NCBI GenBank assembly: GCA_025928375.1
Contig: JAICJP010000001.1
Span: 1 to 48,192 of the forward strand
DNA length: 48,192 nt
Origin: Candidatus Sulfotelmatobacter sp.
Lineage (GTDB): Bacteria; Acidobacteriota; Terriglobia; Terriglobales; Acidobacteriaceae
Direction: 5' to 3'
The notes beneath the pieces were generated by a model, which made no database searches, was not told the origin of the DNA, and saw nothing but the letters and a program-made list of their open reading frames with translations. Position numbers and translations under genes: made by a program. Positions 32,500 through 41,755 of this stretch are shown piece by piece; positions within the stretch are counted from its first letter, which is position 1; each line of letters starts with the position of its first letter.

Positions 32500-33422
32500 A
32501 AATTCGGACGAGTTTGGTGCATCTCACAGGGCTTTGCTTCCTGACCTACGGAGGACTGGCGCAGAACGAACCACCGCAAGCGCACATCGTCAGTCTCACT
32601 CTAGATCCGCAAATCGTTACGGTGTTGCACCTGCACCCGGGCTTCGTCAGCTCGGTGCGACTGCCGGAGGAGGTCAGCTCGGTCGTCCTGGGCGATCCTG
32701 CGGCGTTTAGAGGTGAGCATTCGGAAGCTGAGCCACGCCTAGTTTTCTTCAAACCTGCGAATCCAAAACCGGGCAAGAGCAACGCCCTCATCACCACGCG
32801 CAGCGGTCGCGAAGTTTCATTGACTTTAGTCAGCGATGGCGCTTCGGCGCACCCCGAGGCGGTCGACTACGTACTGGAATACCAGCCGCAGCGTAGCTTT
32901 CTGATTTCCTCGGTATACCCGACTGTTCTGATCGGCGATACCAAGAGTCTGGGTAGCGAAAGGCCAGCGAGTCCAAGTGACTCCCCGAAGCCTGATGGCG
33001 ACGAGCGGTGGCAGCCCCGCCAGCAATTGGCGACGCCCCTTGTCTGGCACGGCAAACAGCTGCGGGTGGCAGTCGGACGAACGGAGGAAAAAGGCTCGGA
33101 CATGACTGTCGCATTTAGCGTGGTAAATGCGTCATCGGGAACCGTTGAATTGCTGCCGCCGCAGGTGCAGCTGTCTGGGACAGCGAAGCAAAAGCACCAC
33201 AAGGCGATCAAGGCCGAACCGGTAGCGGTCAAAGACTATCGAATGACCTCGCGACGTCTGCCACCGGGAGCAACGACCGAAGGCGCAGTAGTTTTCGAGC
33301 GGCCAGCCTTCAAGGAGTCTCGGGAGCGATTGGTGCTCCAGATCGCTCAAGCAGAGGAAGTCGACCGGCCGGTTTTAGTGCCGATTGCATTTGTGGCTCC
33401 AGTGAAAGGAGCAGCGAAATGA
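32496..33422 (+). CDS. VirB9/TrbG/TraN-like outer-membrane core protein
   Basis: ATGA overlap and a signal peptide. The N-domain pattern V..V.LGDPAAF....E..LVFFKP....KSNALITT.SGREVSLTLV resembles the VirB9 N-domain. The C-domain AFSVVNASSGTVELLPP...GAVVFERP...LVLQI resembles the TraN/DUF4138-type beta domain. Confidence 0.6.
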
Positions 33423-34753
33423 TCCACCCCAACGGACACGATCCCTCAACCGCGACCATTCCCGCACCCGCTCCGAGTGAGGGCATCAAAACCCCTCCGG
33501 AGCTGCCGACCACTTACCAACAGCCCATCGATATTGCAACCAGAGCCAAACTCAGAGCTCGACAACAATTTCAGCAGAACCGGTTCGTCATCATCGGCGC
33601 GGGCGCACTTGTTGTAGCCTTGCTGATTTTTGTCGCCACGTCCATGCCGCATAAGAGTCCGACGCAAAAGACGAAGCTTGGAACAGCTGCGGTAAAAGAA
33701 GACCAGACGCAAACCGCGAATACTTCGGTAGATCGAAGCCTCTTTCCTATCACAGATTCAGGGAAACCCACAGCAAAAGAAGCGCACGAGGGATTTCTGA
33801 ACGAGAAAGACCTGGAGCGTTCTGTTACTCGGCGGTCTCACCCGAGTTCCATTCAGGCTGCGCCATCGAACGCGCCGGGAACTCTCGGATCCATACCACC
33901 TTTCGGTCCGGATCAGCAGGGATGGCAGGCGCCCCCGTATCAAGCCGGCACGGCCGCCGCTGGGGCCGACGGGAGCGATCTCGGAAAGGCTGAACGCGAT
34001 GCAATGGAGAAGTCGCCATTGGTTTACGTCCGAAACACTTCCGCCTCGAAAGCCGATTCTGGAGAAAGGCCAAGTATAGCGACGCAAGAGATCGGTCTCG
34101 GGCTAGCTACAGGCACTCGATTGCGCGCTCGCCTTGAATCCGCTGCCAGCACCGCGGTGCGTGCCCCGGTTTTGGCGGTCATCGAATACACCTACGAACG
34201 GGACGGACAAATCATTGTTCCCGCTGGGGCGAAAGCGGTGGGGCGCATACAAGAAGCGGACCGGTCGGGGTATGTCCGCGTTCAATTTGAGTCCCTGATG
34301 ATGCCGGATGGCGCAACTGTTCCAATCCAGGCGGTCGCGACCGACCTGGACCTGCGCCCGTTGAAAGGTAAAGTCGAAGGCAAAAATACGGGCAAGAACG
34401 TCCTCGTCAGATCGCTGTCGGGGATCGGGGAGGCAGGTGCGCTATTGCTGGGACGGGGCAGCCTGGGGCAGCCCTTGAGCGAGTCGGACCTAATGCGAGA
34501 GCGAGTGAGTAACAACATCGGCGAGGCCTCAGATGAGGAAATATCCCGAATGGCAATCACCTCGCGCATCGTGGTCACCGTTTCTGCCGACACTCCGATC
34601 TACGTTGTTTTGGAACAGACGACAAAAGTCGCTTCAGCGTCGGGGTCGTCAAATGCTCGCAGCTCGCAGTCGCTGAACACCAACGCAGAGGAACTTCGGC
34701 AATTGCTGCAATTGAAGCGAGAATTGAATCAGTCGAGTTCAGCACCCCAATGA
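33419..34753 (+). CDS. VirB10/TrbI-like protein
   Basis: ATGA overlap. Architecture is N-terminal cytoplasmic tail, one TM (FVIIGAGALVVALLIFVA), a Pro/Ala-rich linker, then a TrbI-type C-domain (GTRLRARLESA...VLAVIE...IIVPAGAKAVGRI...VQFESLMMPDGATVPI...LKGKVEG). Confidence 0.7.
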   Translation: MIHPNGHDPSTATIPAPAPSEGIKTPPELPTTYQQPIDIATRAKLRARQQFQQNRFVIIGAGALVVALLIFVATSMPHKSPTQKTKLGTAAVKEDQTQTANTSVDRSLFPITDSGKPTAKEAHEGFLNEKDLERSVTRRSHPSSIQAAPSNAPGTLGSIPPFGPDQQGWQAPPYQAGTAAAGADGSDLGKAERDAMEKSPLVYVRNTSASKADSGERPSIATQEIGLGLATGTRLRARLESAASTAVRAPVLAVIEYTYERDGQIIVPAGAKAVGRIQEADRSGYVRVQFESLMMPDGATVPIQAVATDLDLRPLKGKVEGKNTGKNVLVRSLSGIGEAGALLLGRGSLGQPLSESDLMRERVSNNIGEASDEEISRMAITSRIVVTVSADTPIYVVLEQTTKVASASGSSNARSSQSLNTNAEELRQLLQLKRELNQSSSAPQ

Positions 34754-34962
34754 GAGCAATGCGAAACCGCAACTGAGAACCAATGCGTTCCACAAGCCGA
34801 CTTGCACTAAGACTTAGCGGGACCTACCCTGTGCATGGTTACGCCGCGATTATTCCCAACGAAGGTCAAGTATGGAAACGACGCGTGTGGCGTGGCGTAC
34901 GGGATACAGGATGCCGCGAGCGCGAGTGATACCAGTTTGGAAGCTGGCGATCCTGGGTACCT

Positions 34963-35787
34963 CTAGTGGGACTCGGTTTGGACTTCAGGGTATTTGGCGG
35001 CAAGACCTGCGAGCTGCGATGGTGGTGCCCCTTTGAGGTAAACATCGAAGAAGGTATGGACGTAGTCGGTGGTCATAGAGAGGCCTCGACGAGGTTCCAA
35101 ATGGCCGAAGACGCGGACGGCCATAAGCGCGGAGACGACGAGACGGCTCTTCAGCAAGATTTGATCACTGAAGGTGAAGTGATTCGCGCCATGAATCGTG
35201 CCGAAGTATCCACTCGGCAAGCGCACGTAGATTGAGCCGAAATCGGCGATTACTTGTTTGGCCGCGGGATCGGCCTTCTCGCGGCTGTGATGCGCGGGCG
35301 GACCATTTGTCTCATCGTCTGTAGCCCCAATTGCTGGAGGTCTCCCCGGTCCACCCGCTGAGCTTGGCTCGAAAGTTGCAAATATCCGGTCTCCGGATGG
35401 ATTGAGCTTAAGGAATTCCGGGCTGCTTCCGAGATCTAACCGTCGCACCAAACGAAGCTCGGGAGTGCTGAAGACGGCCGCATCCTTAGTATTCTTGTTC
35501 GAGGTTATGAGATATCTCCCATCCGCGGTCACTGCCAGGCCACGCGGGGCGACATCTTGCGGCTGAACTCGCCGGACTACGCTCAACGTTTTTAAGTCGA
35601 GTACGCTAATTGCACCGTCTTCCTCGGAAACATAGGCTACGTTCGTTGGAACTCTTGAACGATAAATCCACAATACGGCGGGGACTACAACTGCCATCAG
35701 CAAAAAGATCAGCCACAGTGATCGCGCTGATGATGGAGAGGTCGAGGGCCGCATCTTCGTCGCCCACAGTCTAACGGCAAATTCCAA
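34963..35787 (-). pseudogene. Chimeric ORF: YVTN-type beta-propeller fragment fused to the C-terminal tail of an alpha/beta hydrolase (likely a deletion remnant)
   Basis: The N-terminal half has about 2.5 propeller blades (AYVSEEDGAISVLDL...PRGLAVTADGRYLITSN...). The C-terminal half (TIHGANHFTFSD...YVHTFFDVYLKG) matches hydrolase C-termini but lacks the nucleophile region. Confidence 0.4.
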
Positions 35788-36162
35788 GAGCCATCAATCC
35801 AATCTTAAGTAAGCTGCGCTTCATATTGATTGCGCCGCGTTCGGTTAATTGTCGAGCCGTATCAAACCAGTTGAGCGATTGGATTTATTCAGTCCCACTG
35901 GCCTGCGTAGGATTGTCGGACTATTGGGCGCAAAGCGGCTGATCGGTGGTGAGTCGAAGTTGTTGATGCACGAGAGATTGGAGGTTGTGGCGGAGAAGTA
36001 GTTCGAGAGACCAACATTCCACGAGTACCTGATCACCGGATGGTTGCGGAACCTGTGTTATTACGAGCGATTATACAGAGCACCGGATGTCAATTGACGA
36101 AAATGCCCACTCACTCGCCTTCACGGTCAGTTCACTGTAGACACCTGGTTTAAACAAGCAGT

Positions 36163-38280
36163 TCACTGCCGCACGAAGTCCACGTAACCGTGCCGCTGCA
36201 GGAATTTGAAATAACCCACCCAATCAAAATCTCTTTGCGGGCCCAGTTCCATTTCTGTGTTTTGGATGACCTCGGCTAGATTGCGTTTGCCATCGCACCA
36301 ATAAAGTGCTGCCATGGTTGGCGACCAGAAGCCGCTGTCAGGAAATCCTTCCCGTTGATCGGGCGGGATTTCATCCAGTGGGAGAGCGCCCATTCGCTTG
36401 CGGCGAACGACGATCTTTTCGGCTTCGGGACCGAAGTTGGGAGCTATGGGCTTTATCGTTCCCGAATGCAGTTGCTTTGCACGGTGCTTTACGGCGCCTT
36501 CAATCCGCACTTTCTGCGCAGCGGCAAAGGAGGCAAGCGCGGCCAGCTCCTGCTGGAGATCGGCAGCCTGTTTGACCGCCTTGGTCTCGCGTGCCAGGTT
36601 GTAATCGACGCGAGCCTTCTCCCAGTAAAGCAGATGGCCCAGGCTGTCGGCGTCCTTTGCCGCAGCCACCAGGTCCAGGCTGTTTGCCGTCCACGAATTG
36701 ATCTGATCGTATCCGCGCTCCACAGCCAACTCAGCCATCCAGTGCATCTGGTCCGGACCCGCCGATGCGAGAAAGTACGCGTACGCCGCGTTCATCACAG
36801 CGAGGTCGCGCAGGGATTTAGGGTCGACCTGGGCGGGAGTATCGAAGCTGGTGTGGTGGGCAGGGATTCCGTGGCCGCTATTCACCGAGGTCGTGGGAAT
36901 ACCGATCATCGACTCTCCGAGATCATCGTCGGTTCCGCCGTAGTATGCGCCCCGGTTGTACTCACTCCATAAATGCGGACGGCGTACCATAGGGAAATAT
37001 TCCGCGGCAAGGCGCACAGTGAATGCATCCACAAAGGAACTGGCCGATTGCGGATTCATGGACCAGATGAACTGCGTTCCTGCCATGTACTGCCATCCGG
37101 CGGGTGTGTCGATGCACATGGCGGCGATGGTTCGCTTGGTTCGATCCTTGTGGGAATCAAGATACGCGAGCGTGCCATAGCGCTCGCCCATGGCCAGCAT
37201 GCGTATGGTCCGCTTAGGCTTGGGTAATTTACCTTCCTTAATCAAGCGGTTGAGGGTGGTTATGGCTTCAAGTATGGAAGCGACACCGCTGGAATTATCG
37301 TTGGCGCCCTCTTCATATAGATGTCCGAGCGAGAGCACCTCCTCCGCGCCAGCGCCGTCGCTACCAAGAATGGTGCCGGTCACATACGGATACGTCCCGC
37401 TGTAGTAACGAGTGTCAACGTTGGCACGGAGCTTCACTGGCCTCTTTTGCAGCAACTCATTTAGATATTGCTCCTGTCGCGGGGTGATCGAGAAACATAC
37501 CGTAGGCGTGTCACTTTTATTGAAGGCCCAGCCGTTGTCTCCGAAATCGTTCTCCCAGTCCCGCTCGTCCAACAGCATCCGGTTTACACTGCTCTCGCGA
37601 ACCATGCCCAACGCACCCGCCTGCTTCAAATCAGTCTTGGACATGCGGTGGCCAAGCACCCACTTGCCTTTCAGGTTTGCATTGCGAATGTCCTTGGGCT
37701 GCAGCACGAGCTCACCCTCTACGCCTCCCGGCGGAGTGGGCCCGCTCCACTGGCAGAGCGAGGTTGGAATTTTCTGATAGTCGGCAAGAACGCGCATATC
37801 CTCTGGGACTTGAGGCGAGACGATTTCCAGTGTGGCAGAATGCGCGTCCCACGCCATCGGCTGCGTCCAAAAACCGTTCTGCGTCACACCGTCGGCGGGC
37901 CCCTGGCCTATCTGGACGTCGTCCAGTCCTGCCTTCCGCATCATCTCCGCGACATTCTTTGCGGTCTGCTGAAATCTGGCAAAGTCAAAATAGCGGTCGG
38001 TCGCCCAGATTGCTTCCATGTTCGTAAAGGCTTCCGTCGAGTTGACGTTGGCCAGCAGCAGCTTCAGCAGGTCAGTGACAGGACTCGGGCCCGAGGGGCC
38101 GGGGTCCCGTCCCGAGATCGGGTGTGCGGCGGTGGCGAGGGCGGCTGGAGATGACGTGGGAACGGAAGAGGGAGGCGCGGAAAAATCGTCGGCTTGCCCG
38201 CCGGTGGTGGATTGTCCCCAAACCAGACTGACGCTTATCAGCAGGAACAGAGCGAGTCCTTTTTCTGCCTGAATTTTCAT
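36163..38280 (-). CDS. M28-like aminopeptidase-fold protein (DUF4910-type) with signal peptide
   Basis: ATG 38280 with signal LALFLLISVSLVWGQS. A peptidase-like core (HLYEEGANDNSSG, GHGIPAHHTSFD) and a C-terminal LYWCDGKRNLAEV winged-helix-like tail are present. Confidence 0.65.
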   Translation of the reverse strand: MKIQAEKGLALFLLISVSLVWGQSTTGGQADDFSAPPSSVPTSSPAALATAAHPISGRDPGPSGPSPVTDLLKLLLANVNSTEAFTNMEAIWATDRYFDFARFQQTAKNVAEMMRKAGLDDVQIGQGPADGVTQNGFWTQPMAWDAHSATLEIVSPQVPEDMRVLADYQKIPTSLCQWSGPTPPGGVEGELVLQPKDIRNANLKGKWVLGHRMSKTDLKQAGALGMVRESSVNRMLLDERDWENDFGDNGWAFNKSDTPTVCFSITPRQEQYLNELLQKRPVKLRANVDTRYYSGTYPYVTGTILGSDGAGAEEVLSLGHLYEEGANDNSSGVASILEAITTLNRLIKEGKLPKPKRTIRMLAMGERYGTLAYLDSHKDRTKRTIAAMCIDTPAGWQYMAGTQFIWSMNPQSASSFVDAFTVRLAAEYFPMVRRPHLWSEYNRGAYYGGTDDDLGESMIGIPTTSVNSGHGIPAHHTSFDTPAQVDPKSLRDLAVMNAAYAYFLASAGPDQMHWMAELAVERGYDQINSWTANSLDLVAAAKDADSLGHLLYWEKARVDYNLARETKAVKQAADLQQELAALASFAAAQKVRIEGAVKHRAKQLHSGTIKPIAPNFGPEAEKIVVRRKRMGALPLDEIPPDQREGFPDSGFWSPTMAALYWCDGKRNLAEVIQNTEMELGPQRDFDWVGYFKFLQRHGYVDFVRQ

Positions 38281-38420
38281 AAGGCGCAATTATCGGGATC
38301 GTTCCCCTTCAAAGCAACTCATCCTTCCTTCCATTTTCAAAATCAGAATCGATAGGGTGGGGGGATGGAAACGGTCGAATACCAGAGGCATGGGAATTGA
38401 TATACTCCCGTCTGTCCCCG

Positions 38421-38470
38421 GTGGTGCAATCCGTTAAGGTGAAGACCGACTGATTTGGAATCGGTTTCGA
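38421..38470 (+). repeat. Partial copy (A) of the about 265-nt repeated non-coding element (conserved core only)
   Basis: 33/44 identity to copy B and 34/45 to copy C over gtgc...ccgttaagg...ccgactgatttggaatcggttt. It retains the hairpin ACTGAT-ttgga-ATCGGT (38449-38465). Confidence 0.6.
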
Positions 38471-38697
38471 GCACCCGCACCCTGACTATGGTTACGCCGT
38501 GACCAGCTATCGCAGCTAGAGGCAGACCGCGCGGATCGAGTGCTGACAAAGTGGGCACGAGAAAAGGGAGTTGTTGGTCCACAACAGCTTCGCGTACGTC
38601 CCCGTTTCCCGCGCTCAACACGACCGACACAAATGACCAAAGCACGCTTCCCGTAGTCGCAGTCGTAGGGCGGATGTACTTAATGCTGGTCGTAATG

Positions 38698-39140
38698 TCA
38701 GGTCGTGCGGCGTGGGGCGGAGCAGTATGGTTTCCGTGCCAAATACACTGTTCGGCAGCCGGGGCGTATCAGCCGATTGTCTTTAAAAAACGGTGTCGCG
38801 TCCCATGCACGTATTCGGTCAAACCCGGCAGCGGCGAGTGTGCGGCGTATTTCGGCTGAGTTCCAGCAGACCTCCTCTACGCGTTCGTGATGCCTTTGCC
38901 AGCAGAGCGCGTGAGGGGGCTCGTCGGGATATTCACTTCCCTAGATGATTCGGCACAGCTGCTGAAAAGCCACTGCCTGTAATAGGCTCGCTCTCGTCTC
39001 GCGAACTGGGAAAGAATGAGTTCTCAAAAGCGAACTTATCGCTATCCCTCCTGAATTGTCGCCAGTAGAAATTGAAAATCTGATTCCGAAGCTGCCTAAC
39101 AGTCCGGAATTCCTCGACAGCGAATGAGGCGGGAATGTCA
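38698..39140 (-). pseudogene. Class I SAM-dependent methyltransferase remnant (5'-truncated and frameshifted)
   Basis: The open frame 38701-38940 has no start and reads ...WQRHHERVEEV.WNSAEIRRTLAAAGFDRIRAWDATPF...RTVYLARKP. The adjacent upstream segment (FNFYWRQFRRDSDKFAFENSFF) is in another frame. No SAM-binding GxGxG region is present. Confidence 0.5.
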
Positions 39141-39294
39141 ATGTTTGGGGGGCCCTCTTCCTTTTCCTTTGGCGCTTCTCGAATGCCAGATCTGTGATCC
39201 GTTTTGTGATCCGTTAGCACTACCTACTGTGGTCTTCTATCGCTTATACTGTGCCCGCCGCGTTCTCTATGTTATTGAAACTACGTTATAAGCT

Positions 39295-39320
39295 GGATTC
39301 GAATCCCACTCTCTCCGTCA
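39295..39320 (+). other. tRNA 3'-end-like fragment (Ser-type acceptor), probable integration scar
   Basis: ggaTTCGAATCCCACTCTCTCCGtca matches T-loop, T-stem 3' strand, acceptor TCTCTCC and discriminator G. No matching 5' half (GGAGAGA...) lies upstream. Confidence 0.4.
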
Positions 39321-39401
39321 AGTTATTCAATATAAAGAAGTTGCCTAGGGTCCTCAGGTTCATCATGACCCACTCTCAAGGGCGGGTTTCGTCTTTGGAA
39401 A

Positions 39402-39665
39402 GAGTGACATGCAGTTTTGCAAGGCCCAAGTGCGTGCCGTTAAAGCTAGAACTGACTGATTGGGAATCAGTTTTTCGATCAACGGAGGAATTTTGCAGAC
39501 CCAAGTCAGTGCGTCCGCCGCTGGAGCGCAGAAAAAAAAGCCACACCTACGTCGCGCCGTTTGCGGCTCATGGCTTGCAGCTTCGCTGCTCAGTTCCTAG
39601 GGCTCGGGGCAGCGGCCGACAACGCGACACTCCGCGCCAGGCGACCAGGGGTTCAGTTCACCGCG
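39402..39665 (+). repeat. Copy B of the about 265-nt repeated non-coding element (candidate structured RNA or MITE-like element)
   Basis: Collinear with 45558-45826. The first about 72 nt are about 85% identical, and the 3' ends share ggggttcagttcac. Frame-breaking indels argue against coding. Confidence 0.65.
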
Positions 39666-39771
39666 TGGCCCAGTGGCATCGATGCCTGCATTAATTCATT
39701 GGTCAAATAAGGGCAGTGATTCGTTTGTCGTAGTACAACTCGAACACTGCCCCGATCTTGAAGCTTCAGAA

Positions 39772-40255
39772 TCACTTTGTGACGTGATTTCCGGCGCTAT
39801 CGATTTCACCGATCGCGGTTGCCCCGGTACTAGCATTTCGGTAGATCATGCCCCCGGGGATTGATTGAATGCTGGTCCAGCCTGGAAAAAAGGATCCGGC
39901 TGCGTAAGCCCTGATGTTTTGCACCATTAGCATCTCCGGCTGTTCCTCCTCCTGTCCATGGCCCAAACACCTTCCCCCAACAACCGTCGCTGTCGCCTGT
40001 CGCATACAAAATCCTAGGCAGCGCATCGCTCGTGCCTTTGACCAGAGTCAAAGCATGAACATTCTGAGTTTCAAGAGCAAGGTTTGCAGGCTTCCACTCT
40101 AGTCCGTCGATCGTTCCCTCGAACTGCGGGTTAGGCCAAAGTCCGACTCCTCCACCCGTACCGATTTTTCCACGAAGAACTCCGCCGTCTGTCGCCAGCC
40201 ATACTGCAAAATCGCTCGGCGGGCAAACTGAGCTGCCTACGTATACGTGATCGAA
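39772..40255 (-). pseudogene. Possible frameshifted hypothetical gene remnant
   Basis: Two overlapping minus-strand frames carry coding-like sequence (...WLATDGGVLRGKIGTGGG...LYATGDSDG... then ...GMIYRNASTGATAIGEIDSAGNHVTK). No start codon was found after the upstream gene stop. Confidence 0.3.
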
Positions 40256-40262
40256 AGTGCAT

Positions 40263-41348
40263 CTAGATTGCAATTCCCGCCGAGCGGTAAATCTGCGTGA
40301 TGTAGCGCATGTCGCGCAGGCCTTCCTCGCCCGGGGATTTCGGCTCCAGACCATTTTGGATGCAGTTGGAGAAATGTTCCGCTTCGGCCTGGAAGTGCGA
40401 AGGGTCGCGGGCCGGGTTGAGTTCGTCCAGTTGAGTGCCGGCAAAATCCGCGCGCAGCCGCAACCCCTGATAGACAAAGGCCGAATCGACCTGAAGCCAG
40501 CCTTTGGATCCGTGCACGCGGTAGAAGCCTTCCATGTTTGCGCCGTACGTCGTGTTGCAACTGGCAACGATTCCGGAGGGAAACTTCATCGTCCAGGAAA
40601 CATTCTCCTCGACTTCGTTGAAGCGACCGTCGTGATCGATGATCGAGGCATTGGCCGAGATGTGTTCCGGCTCTTCGCTGGTCAGGTAGCGGCACGCGTT
40701 GAGCGAGTAGATTCCCACATCGAAGAGCGGCCCGCCGCCGGCGAGTTTTTTGTTCAGCCGCCATTCGCCCGGGGCAATGTTAAAACCGAAGGTGCTCTCA
40801 ATGGCCTGCACCTGGCCCAGCGCGCCTTGGCGGATGAGCTGGACCGCTTTCAGGTTGGTGGGCTCGTAGTGGCAGCGATAGGCAATCATTAGCTTGACGC
40901 GGGCCGCTTTGCAGGCTGCGATCATGGCCTCGGCATCGGCCACGCTGGTCGACATCGGCTTCTCGCAAAGCACGTGTTTGGCGGCTTTGGCCGCGCGTAT
41001 CGAGTACTCGGCGTGCATCGAATTGGGGAGCGCCACGTAGACCGCATCAATGGCCGGGTTGCGCGCGATGTCACCGAAGTTTTCGTAGTTGTAGATCGAG
41101 CTTGGCGAAACGCCGTACTCGGCCGCAATGCGCTCCGCCTTGTCGCGATGGCCACTCACCAGCCCGGCAATCAGCGAGGTGGTGGTGTTGCGCACGGCGG
41201 GCATGAAGTGTCCGGCGATGCGGCCTAGCCCGATGACGCAGTAGCCGGTTTTCTTGGTTGCGGGGGTGCTGGCCGACAGACTCGGGACAAATCGGGCGAC
41301 GAGGCCGAGCGCGGTCAGCCTGGCGAGGTCTCTACGTGTCAGATTCAT
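40263..41348 (-). CDS. Gfo/Idh/MocA-family oxidoreductase with twin-arginine signal
   Basis: ATG 41348. Tat-like MNLTRRDLARLTALGLVA is followed by Rossmann GYCVIGLGRIA and the EKP motif (LCEKPM). Confidence 0.85.
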   Translation of the reverse strand: MNLTRRDLARLTALGLVARFVPSLSASTPATKKTGYCVIGLGRIAGHFMPAVRNTTTSLIAGLVSGHRDKAERIAAEYGVSPSSIYNYENFGDIARNPAIDAVYVALPNSMHAEYSIRAAKAAKHVLCEKPMSTSVADAEAMIAACKAARVKLMIAYRCHYEPTNLKAVQLIRQGALGQVQAIESTFGFNIAPGEWRLNKKLAGGGPLFDVGIYSLNACRYLTSEEPEHISANASIIDHDGRFNEVEENVSWTMKFPSGIVASCNTTYGANMEGFYRVHGSKGWLQVDSAFVYQGLRLRADFAGTQLDELNPARDPSHFQAEAEHFSNCIQNGLEPKSPGEEGLRDMRYITQIYRSAGIAI

Positions 41349-41755
41349 GTTGAAGCGATTCTCCCAAAAGATATTTCGCGTCATTCTATAAGAGCGCAAT
41401 GAGCGTTGCGAGGGATGACGCCGCTATGGTTCAGGTGGAAACGGAGTGAGACTAGGCGCATCCTAAACTCAGAGGGCAACTCCCACTGAGAACGGGCCGA
41501 TCCCGGTTAACGGCAGGTGAGTGTAACCGCGATATTCGCCAACCTGCCCTAGTTTCTGTACAAAATTGACGATCTTTTTGCTGCGGACCGCTGCATCATA
41601 ACGCACCAATTACGAAGGGCTAGACTGGAAGCCACATGAAGGCCGAAGTGCAGTTCAACGGCTGTTCTTGCCATAGGGTTGTCACCGTTGGCGACCTCGA
41701 CACCTAGGACCGTGCTTTCTAATCGCCACTCTTCGCTGCATTCCAGCCCGTTAGG

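Noticed and set aside
34826-34849. 20/24-nt similarity (12-nt exact core atggttacgccg) between 34826-34849 and 38479-38502. It could be direct repeats bracketing the chimeric ORF and the peptidase gene.
   Set aside because: A back-of-envelope estimate gives several such 20/24 matches expected by chance in a 48-kb window, and the flanks align only weakly. It is not treated as an att pair.
35850-36090. Possible transposase (rve-domain C-terminal tail) remnant: ...HERLEVVAEK* then FERPTFHEYLITGWLRNLCYYERLYRAPD.
   Set aside because: There is only a loose W-L-x-x-Y-x-x-R pattern. No DDE residues or terminal inverted repeats could be identified. The evidence is too weak to annotate.
39402-39665. 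tmRNA (ssrA) identity for the repeated element. The stretch UUUUGCAA.GCCCA.GUGCGUGCCG...UAAAAACCG resembles the E. coli tmRNA helix2/PK1 region. A GCN-rich segment ends ...VAPFAA, and there is a GGGGUUCAGUUC T-loop-like 3' end.
   Set aside because: There is no GGGG acceptor 5' end pairing with a 3' end, and no ACCA. The T-stem strands are not complementary (GGGG vs CAC[C/U]) in both copies. No stop codon follows the tag-like segment. There are three copies. The similarity is from memory of one sequence and could be chance.
39251-39694. 147-aa ORF covering copy B, and the 82-97-aa ORFs covering copy C (45511-45808), considered as protein-coding genes.
   Set aside because: The sequences are Arg/Ser/Cys-rich and low-complexity. 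The two copies are conserved at nucleotide level, but indels shift the frame between them.
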